DNA of 64,000 nt from a bacterium (GTDB lineage: Bacteria; Patescibacteriota; Minisyncoccia; Phycocordibacterales; UBA9973): NCBI GenBank assembly GCA_027484965.1, contig JAIXRY010000015.1, positions 1,622 through 65,621 on the forward strand, given 5' to 3'. Position 1 is the first letter of the stretch; each line of letters opens with the position of its first letter. Under the pieces are notes generated by a model, which worked only from the letters and a program-made list of their open reading frames with translations, did not search any database and had not been told where the DNA came from. This document shows, one piece after another, positions 58,178 to 64,000 of the stretch. A program made the translations under genes and the position numbers.

Positions 58178-59455
58178 TTATGAGTTACTTCCTGCTACGT
58201 ATCCTGTTGTCCAACAGAGCTGTAGAGAGTATCCACCTGATGGGCGATTGATATGGAGAAGATCTCCTGTTACAAAAAGATTATCTATCTTTTTTGAACG
58301 CATTGTCTTGGTGTCTATTTCTTTGAGGTCTATTCCTCCATCAGAAATTACAGCACGGTCATATCCCATCAGCCCCTTTATTGATACTGGGAGTGCTTTT
58401 AAAAGGTCTACAATCTGTCTTCTTTCTTCTTTTGTAATACTGTGTACTTTTTTGTTTGTATCAATATTTTTAAGGAGTGACATTATTGCATCACTTGTAC
58501 CGTCTGGAGTTATCTCTTTAAAAATATTTTTTAGTGCTTTATTTTTGTTTTGATCAAAAACTTTTATAAGTTTTGTTTCGAGACTTCCAATATCTGTATC
58601 TGGAAATGCATCTATAACTGCAGTCACATCTCCTTTGTGTAATAAATCAGAAACAATTTTTGAACTATTGAGTATTAGTGGGCCAGAGAGTCCAAAATGA
58701 GTAAAAAGTATTTTTCCTTTCTTTGAGAATTGTTTTATTTTTTGACCACGTTCTTCTGTGAAGAATGTGATTTTCATAAAAGAAAGTGATACACCTGCAA
58801 GTGTCTTTATCCAAGTATCTTTTACTTCAAGAGGAACAATGTCTGGAGTAGGACTTACCACAGTGTGTCCGAGGTCTGTAAGCCATTTGAAACCGTCACC
58901 AGTAGAGCCAGTCTCTGGGTGTGATACACCACCTGTAGCAAAGATAAAAGTTTTTGCACGGTATTCCGCACCTTTTACAAGAACAGCACGAATGCGTCCG
59001 TCTTCTGTAGCAACTTTTACGACAGGAGACTCAGTCTTTACTGTTACTTTGTTTTCGCGAACATATTTTTCTAGAACCTTGAATACATCATAAGCTCTTT
59101 GTGTTTCTGGAAAAGCTCTTTTTCGAGCTTCGACTACAAGATTAAGTTTGCGAGATTCGAAGAAAGTGAAAGTGTCTTTCATTCCAAACTGAGCGAAAGG
59201 GGAATAGAGAAAAGAAGCACTTTTTCCGTAGTGTTTCAAAAATTTGTGAATATCATCTTCTGCATTTGTAATATTACATCTACCACCGCCGGTAATCTTG
59301 AGTTTTTCACCAAGAGCTTTGTTTTTTTCAAGAAGAAGTACTTTTTTACCGAGAGAGCCTGCACGTCCAGCCGCCATAAGACCTGAAGATCCTCCTCCAA
59401 CTACTATCACATCATAATTTTCTACAGGTTTTGCCATGAATATATATAATAACAC
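58178..59455 (-). CDS. HI0933/YhiN-like FAD-dependent flavoprotein (aminoacetone-oxidase family). Start likely MAKPVEN.
   Basis: N-terminal dinucleotide-binding motif DVIVVGGGSSGLMAA. Family-typical GGGRCNITN. Start likely at about 59437. Confidence 0.7.
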   Translation of the reverse strand: MLLYIFMAKPVENYDVIVVGGGSSGLMAAGRAGSLGKKVLLLEKNKALGEKLKITGGGRCNITNAEDDIHKFLKHYGKSASFLYSPFAQFGMKDTFTFFESRKLNLVVEARKRAFPETQRAYDVFKVLEKYVRENKVTVKTESPVVKVATEDGRIRAVLVKGAEYRAKTFIFATGGVSHPETGSTGDGFKWLTDLGHTVVSPTPDIVPLEVKDTWIKTLAGVSLSFMKITFFTEERGQKIKQFSKKGKILFTHFGLSGPLILNSSKIVSDLLHKGDVTAVIDAFPDTDIGSLETKLIKVFDQNKNKALKNIFKEITPDGTSDAIMSLLKNIDTNKKVHSITKEERRQIVDLLKALPVSIKGLMGYDRAVISDGGIDLKEIDTKTMRSKKIDNLFVTGDLLHINRPSGGYSLQLCWTTGYVAGSNS

Positions 59456-59519
59456 AAAAATTAATAAATGTGAAGAGTTTGTTAAAATTTCGAAGTTGTT
59501 TGTGTGGTATTATTAATAT

Positions 59520-60293
59520 ATGTCTAATTCTAGAAAAATCTTAATAATTATTGCTTTAGTTCTTGCTGTATCTTTGTATGCTTATTTTTTCTTGTATCAC
59601 AAAGCGTTTGCTCCAGCACAAATTCAAGAAGTAAACAAAGAAAATATAAAAATGGTTACTGTTAATTCTAATTCTGATTATTCAATAGCGACAGGTGAGT
59701 ATCCTCAGTTTAATAACGCTGGAGCAGATTTTAATAAAAAGATTAGCAATATTGTAGAGAGTGCTATAAATGAGCATTCAAAAATTTCTGAAGAAAGCTG
59801 GAACGCTCGTTTTGAGACTAAGGCGCCAGGTGAAGATATTTCAAAAATCCCAAACAAAGAAGATAGATTTTCTATTGATGTAAGTACTTTAATAATTAGA
59901 AATGATAGCAATGTAATAAGTTTCAAAATGGATATCTATGAATTTTCTGGTGGAGCACATGGAAATACCGGAACATACACATTTAATTATGATGTTAAAA
60001 ATCAAAAAGAAATTAATCTTCTTGAGATAGGTAAAAGGGATACACAATTACTGCAGAAACTCTCTAACAAGTCACGAGTATTAATTCGTGAAGATCTTGC
60101 AAGGCGTTCAGAAATAAAACCAGAAGAAGTCGATACTGAAATGCTTAATAGTGGTACAACACCAGAGGCTGATAATTTCTCACTCTTTACTCTTCCAGAA
60201 GATGGTAAGATAACTTTTCATTTTACCGCTTATCAAGTCGCACCTTATGTTTTTGGTCCTTCAGAAATTACTTTGGATTTACCTATAAAATAA
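59520..60293 (+). CDS. Membrane-anchored DUF4163/DUF3298 (RsiV-like) domain protein
   Basis: N-terminal TM helix. YEFSGGAHGNTG motif typical of DUF3298. Confidence 0.6.
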   Translation: MSNSRKILIIIALVLAVSLYAYFFLYHKAFAPAQIQEVNKENIKMVTVNSNSDYSIATGEYPQFNNAGADFNKKISNIVESAINEHSKISEESWNARFETKAPGEDISKIPNKEDRFSIDVSTLIIRNDSNVISFKMDIYEFSGGAHGNTGTYTFNYDVKNQKEINLLEIGKRDTQLLQKLSNKSRVLIREDLARRSEIKPEEVDTEMLNSGTTPEADNFSLFTLPEDGKITFHFTAYQVAPYVFGPSEITLDLPIK

Positions 60294-60304
60294 AAATTTA
60301 TATT

Positions 60305-60946
60305 ATGAATAAAGATTTAGAAAATAAATTAACTGCTTATCTTGTTGTAAAGTATAATCCTATAGCACTTATTTTGCATGGTTCATATGCAAATGGAAAT
60401 GAACGCCAACATAGTGATTGGGATTTTGCCATAATTGTTGATAAGAAAACAGAAGTAGAAAGAGAAATAATTGATGAATCAAACATAGATGTTGTAGTAT
60501 TGGAACTTCCTTTTGAAGAAGAAAATATACAAGGTAAATGGCTAATCCTAAGAGAAGATAATTGTAAAATATTGTTTGATAAAAATTTAATTTCAAAAAA
60601 TATTATAGATAAAGTTACTAAATATTATTATACTCCTCGTGTATGGACTACTTCTGATATGTTGGGACACAAGGCATGGTTCCGTTCTCAATTAGACGGA
60701 ATGATTGATTATAAATATGAGCATGAAGCATTTTTTAGAAAACTTGGAGAACTTTATATAAGAAGTATTCAAATTTATTTTTGGTTTGTGAAATTAGGAT
60801 ATATGCCTCAAGTATATAAATCTATTCCTCAAATTGAGATGGAAGATCCTGAGTATTTTAAATTACTCAAAATACTTACAGGTAATTACTCTAATACTGA
60901 GAAAATAGAAGCAGGCGAAGAAATTTATAAAAAAATCTGGAAATAA
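60305..60946 (+). CDS. Nucleotidyltransferase-domain protein (KNTase/ANT-like)
   Basis: HGSYANGNERQHSDWDFAIIV (GS...D.D nucleotidyltransferase motif) plus a helical C-terminal domain. Confidence 0.6.
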   Translation: MNKDLENKLTAYLVVKYNPIALILHGSYANGNERQHSDWDFAIIVDKKTEVEREIIDESNIDVVVLELPFEEENIQGKWLILREDNCKILFDKNLISKNIIDKVTKYYYTPRVWTTSDMLGHKAWFRSQLDGMIDYKYEHEAFFRKLGELYIRSIQIYFWFVKLGYMPQVYKSIPQIEMEDPEYFKLLKILTGNYSNTEKIEAGEEIYKKIWK

Positions 60947-60979
60947 AAACCCTTTGAATTTATTAGAAAACAGGGTATA

Positions 60980-62467
60980 GTGTATGTCTATATGGCACAC
61001 GGAGAAGTAGTTATACGTTTTGAGAAAGTTTCGTTTGAATACGGGCACAATAAGCCGATTTTAGACACGGTTGATTTCTCTGTGCGTAGAGGAATGAAAG
61101 TGACTATTATGGGTCAAAATGGTGCCGGTAAGAGTACTTTGTTTTCTTTGATTACAAAAGACAGGTCTCCTGAAGAAGGTAAGGTTATTTTAGCTGACCG
61201 TACAACTATTGCTCTTTCACGTCAGATTATTCCTCGTGACGAACTCGAACTCACTGTTCGTGAATTCTTCCAAAAATGTTTCAAAGAAAAGGTGTATGAT
61301 ATTGACCCTCGTATCGATGATGTACTTGAGGTTGTTAACTTGGTTGGGCACGAAAAAGTTCACGATAGAATTATTAAGACTTTTTCTGGGGGGCAGCAAG
61401 CACGTCTTTTGCTTGCGTCAGCACTCATTCAAGAGCCAGATATTCTTCTATTGGATGAGCCGACAAACAATCTCGATAAAGCAGGTATACAACACCTTAC
61501 AGATTTTCTAGTACAGTACAAAAAAACAGTAATCGTTATTTCTCATGATGCGCATTTCTTGAATGCTTTTACTGATGCTGTGCTTTATCTTGATGTTTAT
61601 ACAAAAAAGATAGAACAATATGTAGGTAACTATACAGATGTGCGTGATCAGATTACAGCTCGTATGGAGAGAGAAAATAGAAAGAATGCGATGCTCTCAA
61701 AAGAAATCCAAGCCAAAAAAGATCAAGCGAATGCCTTTGCTATGAAAGGAGGTAATCTTCGTGCTGTTGCGAAGCGCATGAGAGACCTCGCGGCTGATCT
61801 TGAAGATGAGAAAGTGGATGTTCGAAAAGAAGATAAAACAATTCGTCCTTTTGTAATTCCATTCCAACAAGATGTTAATGGAGATATTGTTGTTATTCCG
61901 TCTGTTTCAGTTTTGAAAAATGGGAAACCAAGAAAAGTAACCGTTAATATAAAACTTCGCAAAAATAAACATTTACTCTTATCTGGTCCAAATGGAATCG
62001 GGAAGAGTACACTTCTTGAAGCTCTTGCAAACGGTACAGCCGAAGGTGTAGAAGTACAGAAAGATGTTCGTGTTGGATACTATCGCCAAGACTTCTCAAC
62101 TCTTAATTTTGAAGATACAGTCTACAGGTCACTTGTAGAAGTATCTAAAAGAGTAACAGGGAAGATTGATGAAGAAAAAATTCGCTCTGTGGCTGCAGGA
62201 TTTTTGATTACTGGAGATGTTATCAATACTAAGATTGGAAGTCTGTCAGAAGGACAAAAAGGTCTTGTGGCGTTTGCTCGTCTTGTGCTTGAACAACCAG
62301 GTCTCCTTATTCTCGATGAACCAACAAATCACATAAACTTCCGTCACTTACCTGTGATTGCTAAAGCTCTAGATTCTTATATGGGAGCAATGATTCTTGT
62401 GTCTCACGTTCCAGAATTCGTAGAACAAATACGCATTGATGAAAATCTTGATTTAAATAAAGAATAA
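60980..62467 (+). CDS. ABC-F family ATPase (tandem ABC domains, no TM; translation-associated)
   Basis: Two Walker A motifs (GQNGAGKST, GPNGIGKST) and two signatures (SGGQQAR, SEGQKG) with an inter-domain linker. Confidence 0.8.
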   Translation: MYVYMAHGEVVIRFEKVSFEYGHNKPILDTVDFSVRRGMKVTIMGQNGAGKSTLFSLITKDRSPEEGKVILADRTTIALSRQIIPRDELELTVREFFQKCFKEKVYDIDPRIDDVLEVVNLVGHEKVHDRIIKTFSGGQQARLLLASALIQEPDILLLDEPTNNLDKAGIQHLTDFLVQYKKTVIVISHDAHFLNAFTDAVLYLDVYTKKIEQYVGNYTDVRDQITARMERENRKNAMLSKEIQAKKDQANAFAMKGGNLRAVAKRMRDLAADLEDEKVDVRKEDKTIRPFVIPFQQDVNGDIVVIPSVSVLKNGKPRKVTVNIKLRKNKHLLLSGPNGIGKSTLLEALANGTAEGVEVQKDVRVGYYRQDFSTLNFEDTVYRSLVEVSKRVTGKIDEEKIRSVAAGFLITGDVINTKIGSLSEGQKGLVAFARLVLEQPGLLILDEPTNHINFRHLPVIAKALDSYMGAMILVSHVPEFVEQIRIDENLDLNKE

Positions 62468-62471
62468 ATTT

Positions 62472-63053
62472 ATGAAAAAACGCTACGGATTTGATCTTGA
62501 TGATGTAATATTAAATTTTATGGAATCTTTCCGTGAATTTCATAATGAAAATTATGGAACAGAACACGCGTTTGAAGAATATACAGATTTTTATTTAGAA
62601 AATATTTTAGGTTGCAGTAAAGAAGAAATAGTTAAACGAGTAGATATTTTTTATAATTCGCACGAACATAAAAATGCAGAGCCTATACATGGAGCTATTG
62701 AAGTTCTAAAGAAACTTAGTGAAAAATATGAGCTTATAATTATTACAGCAAAGCCAGAAGAATTAAGAGAGCAAACTATTTTCTGGCTTAATACTCATCT
62801 TCCAAACATATTTTCTGATATTGTTTTTACAAATCATTTTCAAGGTGAAGGACTAAAGAGAAATAAAGGAGATGTATGTCTGGAGCTCGGTATAGAAGCT
62901 TTTGTTGATGATGCAATTCATAATGCGGAAAGTGTTGCGTCTGTTGGTATTCCTGTACTTCTTCTTGATACTCCTTGGAATAAAAAATTCAAAGAAACTG
63001 AACTTATTAAACGTGTACAAAACTGGGAAGAGATAGAACAAATTCTTTTGTAA
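62472..63053 (+). CDS. HAD-superfamily 5'(3')-deoxyribonucleotidase-like protein
   Basis: HAD motif I FDLDDV. NT5C-like length and layout. Confidence 0.55.
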   Translation: MKKRYGFDLDDVILNFMESFREFHNENYGTEHAFEEYTDFYLENILGCSKEEIVKRVDIFYNSHEHKNAEPIHGAIEVLKKLSEKYELIIITAKPEELREQTIFWLNTHLPNIFSDIVFTNHFQGEGLKRNKGDVCLELGIEAFVDDAIHNAESVASVGIPVLLLDTPWNKKFKETELIKRVQNWEEIEQILL

Positions 63054-63056
63054 AAA

Positions 63057-63108
63057 TAAAAGGTGCACAAAAAATTCCCTTATAAAGGAATTTTTTGTGC
63101 ACCTTTTA
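63057..63108. terminator. Nested palindromic bidirectional terminator
   Basis: AAAAGGTGCACAAAAAATTCCCTTATAAAGGAATTTTTTGTGCACCTTTT. Confidence 0.6.
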
Positions 63109-63882
63109 TTTTTCTTTTTGATTAATTAAATATTGTAATCCTTCTTCATTTCCGTGCTCTAAAATAGTCTTTCTCCAAAAATTATAAAAAGGTAAATCTG
63201 TGTCTACAACAACAGATTCTTTTGTGTGAGGTTTATTTAAATGAATATAGTTTTTTGATTCCATATGTAAATAAGACACTCTATCTGTAATATCTAGTAG
63301 TGAATGTTTTCCATTTTTCAACAAAGGTACAAGTTCTGGAAATTTATAAGGAAATAAAGTTATAAGGTTGTTATAAAAGAGAACAGATCTTAATATACAA
63401 ATATTTCCAGCAAATAGATCGTGGAGACTTTCACAATATCCATCTATTTTATCTATATAAGAAACTAATTTTGCTTCTATTGTATTTTTCTCAGTAGATT
63501 CTTTTAATAGAGATTCATAATTATAACCATTAATTTCTTTTGGGAATTTTTGCACCATTTCTGATATGGCTTTTAATTCATTTTGTTTAACTATTTCTAA
63601 TTCTTCTTCTGACATACGAGCTTTGTGTCCAGCTTGTACGTCACCTGTAACAATTTCAGCATCGTCATGTATTAGGGCTAGAACTCTTATTTTCTCTTCG
63701 TCAAATTCCAAATATTTTTTTGCTTCTGGAACTATTTCCTCTATAAGCCAAAGAATTCTTTTTGTATGAAAATAGACGCTTGAACGATAATACATTTTAT
63801 CGAACATGCTATATCTCATTATCTGTGATAATTTTTCCTCACGTTCTTCTGGAAAAATAGTCATATCTATATCTTTAAACAT
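63106..63882 (-). CDS. HD-domain phosphohydrolase (YfbR-like 5'-deoxynucleotidase family)
   Basis: HTKRI...LALIHDDAEIVTGDV (the H..HD...D HD-domain pattern). Confidence 0.65.
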   Translation of the reverse strand: MFKDIDMTIFPEEREEKLSQIMRYSMFDKMYYRSSVYFHTKRILWLIEEIVPEAKKYLEFDEEKIRVLALIHDDAEIVTGDVQAGHKARMSEEELEIVKQNELKAISEMVQKFPKEINGYNYESLLKESTEKNTIEAKLVSYIDKIDGYCESLHDLFAGNICILRSVLFYNNLITLFPYKFPELVPLLKNGKHSLLDITDRVSYLHMESKNYIHLNKPHTKESVVVDTDLPFYNFWRKTILEHGNEEGLQYLINQKEK

Positions 63883-64000
63883 ATGCCCATTATATAGATA
63901 ATTTTCATGATATACTAGATTCTATGATTAGTGCGATTATTTTATGGATTGAATCAATTGTGGTGCCTTTTGGTGCTTTCGGTATTATTTTAGGTTCATT

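Overview
This is a low-GC bacterial fragment that reads like a Candidate Phyla Radiation / Patescibacteria genome. The lineage call is inference from three things seen here. rpmD (L30) is absent from the S10-spc ribosomal operon. There are many type IV pilin paralogues next to a giant repeat protein. TGA is used as a stop codon and RF2 is present, so translation table 11.

- **1 to 9.6 kb:** rpsS-rplV-rpsC-rplP-rpsQ-rplN-rplX-rplE, then an inserted membrane-protein gene with its own promoter and terminator, then rpsN(Z-type)-rpsH-rplF-rplR-rpsE-rplO-secY-adk-map. L29 and L30 are not found in their expected slots. The alpha operon that normally follows map is missing.
- **9.7 to 21.3 kb:** a 911-aa VirD4/TraG-like P-loop ATPase, ndk, a small membrane protein, a beta-CASP RNase, a LOG-like protein, the infC-rpmI-rplT operon (minus strand), truB, smpB, a one-piece tmRNA, and ftsH.
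- **21.9 to 34.8 kb:** a 2696-aa secreted fibrous protein built from phage tail-fibre-like repeats with a C-terminal intramolecular-chaperone (S74-like) domain. It is followed by five type IV pilin paralogues. A tRNA-Ile(UAU) mini-island sits inside the pilin array.
- **34.8 to 39 kb:** recG, a DoxX-like membrane protein, and an IMPase-family protein (all minus strand).
- **About 39.0 to 50.4 kb:** a putative integrative island. It carries a GNAT gene flanked by a short palindromic repeat family, a Panacea-domain antitoxin paired with a RelE/ParE-like candidate toxin, a Type III R-M system (mod-res), uncharacterised cargo (437 aa, DUF5659, 68 aa), a Rep_trans-like replication initiator and a large serine recombinase. 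The recombinase gene overlaps the 3' end of tRNA-Asp at the head of a four-tRNA cluster (Asp, Met, fMet, Thr).
- **51 to 64 kb:** housekeeping genes: prfB, ftsE, ftsX, pyrG, tRNA-Gln, a CapA-family protein, a GIY-YIG protein, an HI0933-like flavoprotein, a DUF3298 protein, a nucleotidyltransferase, an ABC-F ATPase, a HAD 5'(3')-deoxyribonucleotidase-like protein, and an HD hydrolase.

No CRISPR array was seen.
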